Positions 27,559-39,330 of a DNA stretch of 64,000 nt are shown here, in pieces (within the stretch, counting starts at the first letter, position 1; the number at the start of each line of letters is the position of its first letter). The notes beneath the pieces are model-generated. The model ran no database searches. It had not been told where the DNA came from and saw nothing but the letters and a program-made list of their open reading frames with translations. The stretch lies in the NCBI GenBank assembly GCA_965153285.1, contig OZ229114.1; one strand, 5' to 3'. The stretch comes from Podarcis tiliguerta. Lineage: Eukaryota. The position numbers and the translations under genes are program-made.

Positions 27559-28059
27559 TTAATCTAAGTTTCTCCAGTTTCCACATCAGCTTCCTTTTTT
27601 TTTTTTCAAGCTCTCATGGAAATTTATACACATTTTCATGTGCATTTCTCCTAACACACATTGCAATTGTGCCCAATGTATGTATTTATGAAGTAAACTT
27701 TTCAATATTTTCATTAATATACATTTTTGTGCACTCTCCCCCGTAACATATGTATTTTGTGTACATTATTTTGGTTGGAAAACTACATTGCAAAGTTTGA
27801 AGAAGTGAATTTTGAAAGATAATGGCATTTCCATTTACATATTAGTTTGGGAGGTACAAATTAAGTAGGTTTCCCTAATTATAAGGAACTGTTCTGCACC
27901 CTTTACAAACTTTTGAAAGTCAGACTGGCTGGTAGAATATATTAATTTTGATCAGCCAATTATGTCAGCAACTTACGGTACAACTTGAATCTTGCGACGA
28001 CTGATCAAATATTTTACATTTAAATTATGAGAGTCCCTCTCACGCTGATGAAAGCACGA

Positions 28060-28086
28060 GGGTCCCGGGTCATGGGTCATGGGCAG
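28060..28086 (+). promoter_or_regulatory. Tandem DR1 nuclear-receptor half-site array
   Basis: GGGTCC-C-GGGTCA-T-GGGTCA-T-GGGCAG: RGGTCA-like hexamers, each spaced by 1 nt, in CpG-retaining unique sequence. Confidence 0.4.
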
Positions 28087-28627
28087 TTTGCAGCTCCCTT
28101 TCAAACCTTGCCATAAACCGAATTTTTTATTTGTATTTCTGCAGATGTGCATGATGCCAGCATGATGCCCCAAAGCAAACCTTGCTGACTGAAACAAACA
28201 AATAGAACTGCAGGAGAGGGGGATGAGATATCAGCCATGATTTTAGTGCCTTGAAAAAATCCATCATTGTTTAGAAATATAAGAATAAAATTCAGTAGTA
28301 CTGCAGGGGGCAGGGGGACTCTCTGAGCCAGAGATGGATTTAGGGGCGTCTGAGCGGTTCGGTCTCACTGGATGTGGATTCTTGGGGGAACTGCAGGGGT
28401 TGCAGCGAATATAGTGTAGAATGGAAGGCGAGAGGTGGGGGACACTGAATTTGAGACCTCAAGGCTCGCCATTTCCTGAGGAGAACAACTTTGGAGAACT
28501 CCAGTTGGGGACTTCTATAGGACTGTTCACAAGTTATATTCAACAAGATCTGTGTACCTATGTGTATGTAAATAGCTGAGCTGTACACTCAAGAATGGGT
28601 GCACAGTTCAGCTCAATGCCAGAAATT

Positions 28628-29285
28628 GGTGGTGCAGTCCAGAGTTTTGGACTAGGACCTGGGAGGCCAAGGTTCAAATCCCTGTTCAACCATGAAGTTC
28701 ACTGGGTGACAGTCCTGGTTCCACAGTTGGACAAAGAACTCAAATTCCCAGCTCAGCTTCTGCCCAAGGCTTAAATGCTCAAATTGGAATGGTAATGGTC
28801 AGGTTACAAATCACGGGAATCAGCCAGAGTCCAAGGTTAGAATACATGGCTAAGTGTTAGCTAAGATGTTGATCCAATAAGTGGAGGTGCTAGAGGCAAG
28901 AGGTGGCAGACCATGGGTGCCCATGATCTTGGAAGCAGGATGCTCTTCTGACAACCCAACACATACACCCTGCTGGGCCCTTCTTCTGGGTCAGATGGCT
29001 CTTGGGGTCCGAATTTCTCCTTCCCCAGCCCTCTAGGACTCTCCCTGGTGTTATCCAACTCCAGCTCCCCAATCTTCTCCCATTTTTGATCAGCATCTAA
29101 CCACCTTTTCCAGGACATCTCCATGGGGCTCACAACAGAGGCCTTGGGTCAGTCACAATCTCTTTGCCTACTCCACTTCACAGGGTGGTTGTGAGCATAA
29201 TATGCAGAGGGAGAGAAAAACTACATATACCACTCTGACCACCTCGGAGGCAGAGTAGAATATAAATGTAATTATAATAACAACA
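28628..29285 (+). mobile_element. tRNA-derived SINE (Squam3/MIR-like) split by an LTR insertion
   Basis: Head tggtgcagt..ggttcaaatccc..ctgggtgac at 28628-28710 resumes as cttgggtcagtcac..cacagggtggttgtgag after 29142; (AAT/AAC) tail. Confidence 0.8.
28711..29137 (-). mobile_element. Solo LTR inserted in the SINE
   Basis: Minus strand starts TGTTGTGAG and ends ccaggac(t); degenerate 5-bp flanks gtgac/gaggc; interrupts the SINE core. Confidence 0.6.
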
Positions 29286-30029
29286 ACAGCTGTTGATACA
29301 CAAAGTGCTCTGTGTGTGATTATTTGGTATAAAATTGATGTTCTCAATCTCCCTTGCAGTGAGAAATGTTATTTTATTTCCGTAACTACACAGTGCAGCT
29401 GATTCTCTTCTTAATTTTTTTTTTTGTGTGTGTGTATTTCTTCATGAAAAATGCATTTTTAAGTATAAATAGAGTGGCAAGTCAGCTTTGTTCTGCCAGT
29501 TGATAGAACAAGGTTTAACAAGTTCACTCTGCAGATGAATACCTATTGCTGTCAACTGCTGCCAAAGCTTTTAAAGCATCTCAGACACTTTATAGAGACT
29601 TGGGATATGTGCAGTTAATTATGCCTTTTCTAGTAACTATTTCAGTATTTCACTTTTACCTTTCTTAAATTCACAAGCAAAACATTGTGGGAAATATTAT
29701 CTTGTAGGGTGTTGGCTGGAGGAAAAATTATTTTCCTTTTTTTTTTAAAGAAAAATATTTGGTAAATGCATCTGATCCCAGCAACATAGCATTAAAGTTT
29801 TTGCAGTTAGGGTTGTGCTGTGGAATCAACACAGGTGCAAAGTCCACACCATACTATTAATGGGCTGGGAGAATGTTTTTGCGAAATTCTCTTAGGTCAA
29901 AATTGCACAAATTTTATTTTATTTTATTTATTTGTAAACTACCCAGTTATGAGGTGGCCAGGTGAAAAAGAGTGTTGGGCTCCTATACCTTTAATAGTCA
30001 TGTAGAAGAAGGAATTTCAGCAGCAACAC

Positions 30030-30522
30030 TGTACAGGGGGAGGGGAATGGTTGCTGCATTGGCCCAAGCAGCAGCTATTTCCCTTCCAAAATAATATTTT
30101 TGAGAGATACAGCATGATGGAACTTCTGAGGACTGGGGGTGGAAGGGGAGGCCTGTAACTCCTTTGCGCTCTTCTCCGAGTGCCCCCTGAAACTGCCATT
30201 AGAGCCAGAAGCTGAGAGAGCCTGAAGCGGCAGCAAAGTGAGGAAGTCCAGGCCCGTGAGGAAGCGTCCATCTGATTTGGCAGTTCTTTCTGAGCAGGAT
30301 TATTTCCCAAGAGACCTGCTGTGGCCCAGGCATTCAGCAGCAGAATACGAACTGGAATATCTGAGGCTAGGGGTGGGGTGGGGGAAGTGTGTTGACTCCA
30401 CCTGGGCTGACTGGAGTTTGCGTTGCTCCAACCTCACTAGTCTCCCTCCTGGTGAGGAAGGAAAGAAAGTAGTATGGACTGGGGAACTGACTGATCTCTC
30501 CATCCCTACCTGAAATATGACA
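30030..30522 (+). mobile_element. Solo LTR-like insertion
   Basis: TG...TGACA termini; composition like the other solo LTRs; interrupts the repeat motif ggaatttcagca|ggtgtc. Confidence 0.45.
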
Positions 30523-30628
30523 GGTGTCCACATAGGCCAGAGGAGAATGAAGTGGTGCATCAGAAGCTCCTCCAGGTGGTGATAGTGCCACATTTGAACC
30601 ACTGGGTCTACAGCAGGTCTAGGGCATA

Positions 30629-30975
30629 ACAACAACAACAACAACAACAATTTATTATTTATACCCTGCCCACTCTGGGCGGCTTTCAACAAAATATTAA
30701 AATACAGTAATGCATCAAACATTAAAAGTTTCCCTAAACAGGGCTGCCTTCAGATGTCTTCTAAAAGTCTGGTAGCTGTTTTTCTCTTTGACATCTGGTG
30801 GGAGGGTGTTCCACAGGGAGGGTGCCACTACCAAGAAGGCCCTCTGCCTGGTTCCCTGTAACTTGGCTTCTCACAGTGAGGGAACCGCCAGAAGGCCCTC
30901 GGCGCTGGACCTCAGTGTCCAGGTAGAATGGTGGGGATGGAGACGCTCCTTCAGATATACTGGATCGAGGCCATT
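30629..30975 (-). mobile_element. 5'-truncated L2 LINE 3' end
   Basis: 9-bp TSD tagggcata (30620-30628 / 30976-30984); microsatellite tail; 3' UTR shared with 46841-46995, ~36900-37025 and ~55160-55235. Confidence 0.85.
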
Positions 30976-33113
30976 TAGGGCATAGGACTGCACCCTTAAG
31001 GCACCAAAATGTAAAAGTGATGACACCTCCCTCATAGGCTTCACCCTGACACATTGGCGTTTCGCTGAACTAAGAAGAAAGGGAAAGGTTATATAAAGCG
31101 CTACTGCTGCTGCTGACATCTGATGCTGCTTGCCTGGTGCATCAATAAATTAGCAGTTCAGGATTTTCTCTTACAGATATCTGTCACCCAAACAGACAAC
31201 ATGCTTCCTTTATCTTGATGCGAGATATGTTTGTACTGACATTTCAAAAATGTTTCTGGCTTCTTGAGATTTCTTTGAAAGGACTCTCTCCCCCCTCTCT
31301 CTTTGGCAGTAATTTTTTCAGTCATGGCATTAACTTTTGTTCTCCCCCACCCCGCATTCGTTTTCTCCAACCTATAATGAGGCCAAATAAACTATCTCTC
31401 CCACCTTCTTGCTGCTACCCATGGAATTTTTCAAGCTACATCTTCCTCGATGTGAGGTTTTGCAGAAACCTTTCTCTGTGATCAGAAAGAACCGAAGTGA
31501 AAAATGTTCAAGATGAAGTTCTGTGATTGAAGTCATTGAAAAGTTTGCGGTTACTTAGTTATTGTGTTCAGGACATAAAAATCAGAACATTTTAATTAGA
31601 TGAAGAGCTATAGGCATCCTACTAGTATAAAGATACTTCTTGGCAAACAAAACCTCAGATAATGCAGAAAATACAATGTCCTGTTATATTTCATATCCAA
31701 TGGACAGAAAGCCTGTTTTATAGTTGGTTCTGTTCTATGCTATTGAGTCTATAACATTTTTTTAGTGCACATTAAAATACCATTAGACATTGAACTCTTA
31801 GAGTCCTCCTGGAGGAATGCCATTGTTTTGTTCTAATTAGTAGGGTTTTTACACTTGTGTTATATTATGTAACAGTTTTTCCTACATTTTCCTTCTTTAC
31901 TTAACCTTGTTACAGAAGTGTGGAGTCTTGGCTTTCTAACTAGTGCTGCACTGTATCTTTATGATATCTGATGGCTGCTTCAAAACTGGTCACGGGGGCT
32001 TCTGAAAACTTCTGTATTCCAGACTTTGGTGTTGTGTTTGAGGTATCTGAATGCACAATCATGCTCCTAATGAACTCAGTGGGATTTACTTCTGAGTAGA
32101 CATTACAGGGCAGCACTGTGGAATGTCTTGGCAGTAGCTAAATGAGGTGTAGAATGAAGTTCTGTGCGTATTTCATTTTATTTCATACAATTTTGACCCC
32201 CCCCTTGATTGTAAAAAAACAACAACAAAAAATGGCATTACAATTACAATAACACAGTGGTGTGCCAATGAGAGCAGCCAGTTGAAAACAGTAATATTAT
32301 CATGGCATCACAGCAGGTGACCCATAAGAAAAGTTCATCATCATCTTATAAAGTGAGTTTGGAGTAGGGGGCTTCAGGCTCTTGGGAGTTATATGTGGCC
32401 CCTGGACCACATACTAGTCACACCTCTTTAATAGAACAAACATAGAATTGAAGGAATCCTAGCAAACTGTGGCCATAATCTATTGCTTATCAGCCATATG
32501 CTATTTCAAGCAAAATTACCAAAAATGACATAATTAAAAGAGAGTCAATGCATACTAAATTAGCAAACGTTTGCAGCAGTCATTAAACAGCAAGACTCCT
32601 GGATAAATGGTTTTTCTCTAACAGGGAGCAAAAGTAAACAATCATTAAAAGAGAAATGGCTTCTGCATCTCTGCAGAAGACACAGCTAGCTTGAGTACCG
32701 GTACTTGCTGCAGCCAGTTTCTTCTTTGTAAAACGTTGTAATTCTTGGTGTTTCATTGCAGCCCAGCCATAGAGCCTTTTGTTACAGAGTGGCATACAAG
32801 TGTAATTTGTAGGATTGCACTGCAGAACAAGGTTCTTACATTAATTTACTCCAGGGGCCACCTAAACTCTTCCATTCCAGCTCCATCACAGATATCTGCT
32901 GGAGCATCACTGGTCATTCCCTAGGTTAGTAAGGCTCATTTGACAACAAGAAGGAACCAAACTAGTCCTGTGGAATCCTCTGCCAATAGACATTCAGCAG
33001 ACTTATTCTGTTCCAGTTTCTTTCTTTCTTTCAATATAGATTCAATAAAGTAAGCAAGCAAACAAAAATCCATAAAAAGATACTCATAATATTACAACAG
33101 TACTTAAGCCATA

Positions 33114-33468
33114 GGGACACGGGTGGCACTGTGGGTTAAACCACAGAGCCTAGGACCTGCCGATCAGAAGGTCAGCGTTTCGAATCCCCGCGATGGGGTG
33201 AGCTCCCGTTGCTTGGTCCCTGCTCCTGCCAACCTAGCAGTTCGAAAGCACGTCAAAGTGCAAGTAGATAAATCTGTACCACTCCGGCGGGAAGGTAAAT
33301 GGCATTTCCATGTGCTGCTCTGGTTTGCCAGAAGCGGCTTAGTCATGCTGGCCACATGACCCGTAAGCTGTACACCGGCTCCCTCGGCCAGTAAAGCGAG
33401 ATGAGAGCCGCAACCCCAGAGTCGGCCACAACTGAACCTAGTGGTTAGGGGTCCCTTTACCTTTACCT
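33114..33468 (+). mobile_element. Sauria SINE (Squam1), full length
   Basis: Head gggacacgggtggcactgtgggttaaacc, B box gtttcgaatccc, (ACCTTT)n tail, TSD tacttaagccata(g). Confidence 0.96.
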
Positions 33469-36400
33469 TACTTAAGCCATAGCATCTCAGTTACAGGCTA
33501 GCAGATGATGAAACATCTTATTCCACTTCTGCAGAATATTATTATATGTATTAAACCGATTATAATAAATACGTTAGTCTTTTAGGTGCCAAGGCCCTGT
33601 TGCTTTAAGTGCAGCTGTCTAGCACAACTCCCTCAGCTGGAATCACTTAATAGGTGCTGAGTATACCTTAGCACAATCAGCTCAGAGTCTTTCCCAACAG
33701 GAACCCAGGAATTGGTGATAAAACTAATTACATTTAAATTTTCATCTATATGATTTAATAGCACCTCTGAGACCCATGCTAGGGATGGCTCTGTTCACAC
33801 TCATGTTTCCTTAATGTTTCCTCTAGTTGTATTAGGCCTGAGGTTTATTAGGCAGTGCCAGTAGCAGCTTGTTCAATTGCTTTCTACTCGATATATGCGT
33901 TATCTGGAGAAGTGATAGCCTAGCATAAAAGGTTTCCAATATCAGACACAAAACACTGTGGGGAAAGCATCTGACATTTTGATTTGCTTACTAGTGAATT
34001 AAACCAACCTTTTGCCAGCATAGATCTACATAAATTCCTGTCTGAAATGGGTGTCCCCCCCACACACTTCAGTGCTGATTCACAGGCCTCCCACATCCCA
34101 ACACACCGTGCAAGGTATGGACTCTACCTCCACCTCTAGAGCTGTCTGAGGCTGGTTCTGGCTCATCCACTTTGCCTGTCACACCACCAGCTCTGCCAGA
34201 AACCAAGTGTAGTCCCTTCTCTCGGGGGCGTGTATGTTACCCTACTTGTCTCATCCACCTCTGATGATGCAGCAATGTCTCCTCCATTGCCCAGGTCATG
34301 GAGATGCTAACATAGGCATGAGCAGATGGGACTGGCTTTGCCTTCTTGGAGAAGTGCTAGGCTGCTTGCCCAGTCTAAGGATGAAAACCACTCGCTGTGC
34401 TAAGTTGTGCTTGACCCTTTGCCTTGTCACAGGGTTGAAAGGGACATGTCATTGTTGGGTCAACATCTTTGCTTTCGTAGCCTTTGGTAGCACCTGCCAT
34501 GCCTTTGAAATGCATTTTGATCTGAGCATTAAAGATTTGGGTAGCGTCCAGAATCATAGCCCCATCAGAGAGCTTGTGGGGAGCTGTGGAGTGCAGGATC
34601 CCAAAGAAGGATGCTAAAGTCATGAGAATGGCTAGTTCTAGGTATAGACTTGCAGCAAAGCAGCCTGACAATTTCCTCACCCTCACCACCACCACCACCA
34701 CCACCACACAAGGCTGTTGTTTTAATTATTCAATATCTATTTTATCTGAGGAGATAAAACTGATGGGAATTCTGGAAACGCTTTTCACAAGAACATGTAG
34801 AAGAGAGACAAATAAAAGCTACGAATGCGTGTGTGAGATGTTTATATGCAGATAAAGTAAATCAGCATTCTTTGTTGCCTTGACAAAGCAGCAGCATGTT
34901 GACAAGGCCCTAGATACTGGTTCTCTCACCTGGAAAGCGGTAAACTCATCTCATCATACAAAGCACTGCCAAGGGCATTTGAGCAAATATCAGCATGGAG
35001 CAAAACCTGTTTCTCGATTTCAGCTGATTAAAAGTTCTTCAGTCAAGACTGTTTATCATTTGGCAAACTTCATAAGTGACATTTCCAGAGGTATTCATAT
35101 ATTTAAGTATATTTGTTAATTTAAACTTCCCCATTTTTAGAAAAGTTGTATCAGGTAATAAGCAGAGTTAAGGCAAAAAAACAAAACAAAAAACCCAACT
35201 GCTACAGATTGGGGTGAGGGACCTTTTTGGCATTATTTCCCCCACCTCCCATGGGATAAGTGTGACAAGTGGGCTGAGTTGCCCAACAGTCAGTCACCTG
35301 ACCTCATAATGAAGCCAGGTGACCTTGTTTGCCTGTAGGGATCTTCAGAAGCCCCTTTCAAAGTGCTGTGCAAGATAGTGATTGGTGGTGTCTCCAAGCC
35401 AGTGGCCCCCTAGTCCATCATTCTGCTTTCACAATGGCTAACCAGATGCTTTTGGGAACTCTGCAAGCAGCTCACGGCCACAGCAGCTCTCTTCTTCTCC
35501 AATTGTGATTCCCAGAGTCATACTGTATTTCAATATAGAGACATCCTGATTTAAGTGAGTCTAATTATGACTAAGGCTGGATCAAACCCAAAGTTATCAC
35601 AGATGGAAAATGAGTTCTCAAAGGGTGAATCAGTTTATGTTCCCCCACAGAAAGAAAAATAACATGTTTACCAAGATTCAGATTGTCATGGAGTTATCAA
35701 ATAGCCCAGCTTTATAATGCCTGCTACCATTGCCTCTATGCTTAATGTCTCCCCCCCCCCCCCCCGTATAGCACTTCTCAATATGCTACTTTGCTGCCAG
35801 TGGATGCTCACAGTCTTTCTAAAGCACCCTAATTGCAGGTTCTGAAGTGTTGACTTTAAGTGGTCCAGCAGTTATACAGTGCATGAAATACATTTGGTGT
35901 GTTAAATGGGGGCTTCAGTGCCCCCTATTTCCAACTTGGGAAGAAATGTTTATTTTCAATTTCCACAAGCAGGCAACTTGGTTTTATAGAAAGGAGGGAT
36001 GGATGTAATATTTATTTAGGCGTTTCCCCATAATCTACTGCAAAAAGGAAGTGTATCTAAAATAGTATTTATAAATCCCTAATGTAATTTATTTTATTTT
36101 TATTGATTTGCTCACTTCCTTTTCATTTCATGCTGTAAAATGCTGACAGCGTGCAGTGACGATGGTAGGAGATTATGCAAAATTTCTAACTTTTACAGTC
36201 CTATAAACGGGCAAGAGGAAGAAGGTGAAGCAATTACTGTGCAAAGCTACTAAAATATGTTTTGCTAAAAATATAAGGAGGCTATATAGTGTGATAGAAA
36301 ATGTCACCTTAGCCTTCCTTATCATTCTTCTAAATTATCTTCTGAAATGGCCAGACTGCCCAGAGAAATCAAACTGCTGCTTATAATGTCACTCTAGAAT

Positions 36401-36527
36401 CTGTGGCATTGTCTCTAGCCTGTGCTCCTTAATAAATCTGCACAAATGGAGTAAGGTATAATCCTCATGCTATAGGGATTGTAACCACAACTATTCCTAG
36501 TAATATCTAAGCTTGACTACCGTAATA

Positions 36528-36753
36528 CAGTGGTACCTTGGGTCAAGTACTTAATTCATTCCGGAGGTCCGTTCTTAACCTGAAACTGTTCTTAACCTGA
36601 AGCACCACTTTAGCTAATGGGGCCTCTTGCTGCCGCTGTGCTGCCGGAGCATGATTTCTGTTCTCATCCTGAAGCAAAGTTCTTAACCTGAAGCACTATT
36701 TCTGGGTTAGCGGAGTCTGTACCTTGAAGTGTATGTAACCTGAGGTACCACTG
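36528..36753. mobile_element. Tc1/mariner-type MITE (CAGTGGTACCTC family) inserted in an L2 fragment
   Basis: TIRs cagtggtacctt / gaggtaccactg; TA TSD; flanks gactaccgtaa..cattattgtatgtagggctgcc are L2-like. Confidence 0.92.
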
Positions 36754-36842
36754 TACATTATTGTATGTAGGGCTGCCTTTGACCTCTGAGAAACATCAGA
36801 TAGTTCAAAATGCAGAAACTATGCTGCTGACTACCCCCCATA

Positions 36843-37184
36843 ACCTCCAACATATCTCTGATGAAAATAGGGACATCCCATTCCATAATGATAATTTTAC
36901 TATTTATACCCCACACATTTTGCTGGGTTGCCCCAGTGACTCTGGGCAGCTTCCAACATATATTAAAAAATAATAAAACATTAAACATTAAAAAAACCCT
37001 TCCCTATACAGGTTTGACTTCAGACTGCTTGGGGGGTCGGATAACTCTATACCCTCCAACATTTTTCCATTGAAAACAGGAACATCCTAAGGAAAAGTGG
37101 GACATTCCAGGATCAAATCAGAAACCGTGACGGCTTCTCTACTTCAGGGACATCCCGGGAAAATAGGGACACTTGGTGGGTTTG
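36843..37184. mobile_element. Composite repeat: gggacat/aaaatagggaca units enclosing an L2 3' tail
   Basis: ~35-bp imperfect direct repeat at 36843 and 37051 brackets an L2-tail piece (~36900-37025), followed by ggga-rich subterminal repeats. Confidence 0.6.
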
Positions 37185-38903
37185 CACCCCACCAGTTTTG
37201 AAATAGCTTCACAAGCTTCCCATGCATGTCTGGGTGCAATACAAAATGCTTTCCATAGTCCTACATAGTCCTATTCCCATACAAACCTGTCTGTAGTATT
37301 CAAAATATTCCTGGGTGCCCTTCTCTGCATTCTGCTCCCTACTCAGAAGAGGCAGATGGAGGCAGAGAAAAGGCCTTTTCTGTGGTAGTCCCCTCTACAC
37401 ACACGTAAACATCCTACTTAGGTCTGTAGACTAACCACCAACAGCTATGAGTTTTACAGGCCAACTCAATCCTTTTTTCAGTTTGCCAAGACATTTTAAT
37501 TTCAGAGTATTGTTTTGTTTTGCTCCCAGCTGTCTTCAAAACATTTACCAGTTTTTACACACTCCATTGTTGCTTCTCCTGCTTTTGCTTCAGTGTCTTA
37601 GATTCAAACTGCAACGGACCATTTGTTTAGACATTGCTCATAGTATTTACAGCCCAATCTGTCTCTGAATGGCATAAGGGCTAATATCATCTCAATCATT
37701 TTATACAAGCACCCATTTTTCATATTGTGATTGATGCTGATTTTTATAATGCGATCCAACTCTATTGTGATTCTGACTCCATTGTTATTTACACATAACA
37801 GAGTGAATTATGCTTGGGAGGATGCTATTTTAAGCACTTGCAAACTAAAAGGGCAATGTGCATATATCCTCCCCCCCCCCCCGAAGCTTAATAAGAACCT
37901 AATATAAATCAGTTGTCTCCTTGAGCAGGCAAAACAACGGAGGAGTACATGTGGTTGCCATATATTTTAAGTTCCCAAATTAGTTGCCTTTCTTCTACAT
38001 CCTCCTACTCCTGTCTATCCCTTCTGTCTCTTCTATGAGTGCAGTGCCAAGGTCTTAAAGTTTCTTTATTTGTGGTTCCTCATGAGAGCCCAAAATAACT
38101 TGCCGGCAACAATTCCTAACTAGTCTGGAAACAAATAGGAAGCCAAACCAAAGGAAAAATGGGCCAAACTTTCAAATTTCCTTCCTAGATATAGCACAAA
38201 ATAGATCAAAGACTGGAAAAACTGGTAAGACTTAAAAAAGGGGGGTCACCCTTTTCTTCACATTTAATTCTAAATGAGAGGCCGGGCCCCAAAGAAGAAG
38301 AAAAAGAAGGTGTGAGTTCCAAAGGGAAATAGAATGGATACGCCATGTCATCTAAGCCACAAGGAGAATGAAATGTCTGGGTAGAAAGTCCTATAGGATA
38401 TTAAAACAGAAGTAGAGGATCTCATGTAACTTCCAGGAAGCCCAAAATTATAGTATGAGAGTCTCAAAAATCAAAATAGATCTGATGAGATCAGCACTAG
38501 TTCATGGGACTATTCAAGCTGTTGGTTGTTAAGAAGAGGCAGCTAGTGGCATCAGGACTCACCAACCATATAAAAAGTCATTCTCTGCAGCCATTCAGAA
38601 TGATCCAACCAAAATGAAATGCTTTATATCCCATTGATTTAAATAAGAGAGCATGAAGGAAGCATTGTTTTTTTTAATATCAGCTGCTTAAAACAGCAGG
38701 ACCTAAAAGTACTCAGGGTGTTTTGGGGAGGGAGGGGTGTCAATGAAGTTTTATTGAAAGTTTCCAACATAAAATACAATAAAGGCCAAACTAATTTATA
38801 GAAAAGGGATTTTTAAAAACAAGAGTAAAGAAAGGGGAGGAATAAAAAAGAAGAAAGGGAAGCGAGAGGGGGAAATGAATTGCAGAGCCCTCTCTCACAG
38901 TTG

Positions 38904-39330
38904 CTGTATTTTTCACTCCATAAGACACACCTGACCATAAGAATCACCTAGTTTTTAGAGGGGGAAAGCAAGAAAAAAAATATTCTGCCCAGAGCATGTA
39001 AGCGGCTCTCGCTTTTCTTGCTTTAAACCCTTCCGTCCCTCCTCCCACTTCGCTGAGAAGCCAGCAGAGCAAGAGCGATAGCCGTGCAGTGTCTCTTCTG
39101 CTGGCTTCCCAGCAAAGCAGGAGGAGCCTTTAAAAGGGAGTGCTGAGCAGAGCCCATCAGTCCCTTCTCCCACCTCATGGAAAAGCCCCCAAGAGCCACA
39201 CACACACTCCACGCAGCTCTTTGAAGGGAGCGCTGAGCAGAGCCTCCCACCTGCATTCGCTCCATAAGACACACACACATTTCCCCTTACTTTTTAGGAG
39301 GAGAAAGTGTGTATGGAGCGAAAAATACGG
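38904..39330. mobile_element. Tc1/mariner (pogo/Tigger-like) non-autonomous element
   Basis: TIRs ctgtatttttcactccata / tatggagcgaaaaatacgg; TA on the right (tg on the left); internal copy of the ctccataagac motif. Confidence 0.85.

Noticed and set aside
32697-32708. 12-bp perfect palindrome AGTACCGGTACT (and short inverted repeats near 16650, 52840 and 53825)
   Set aside because: Isolated short palindromes are expected at this scale and have no supporting context.
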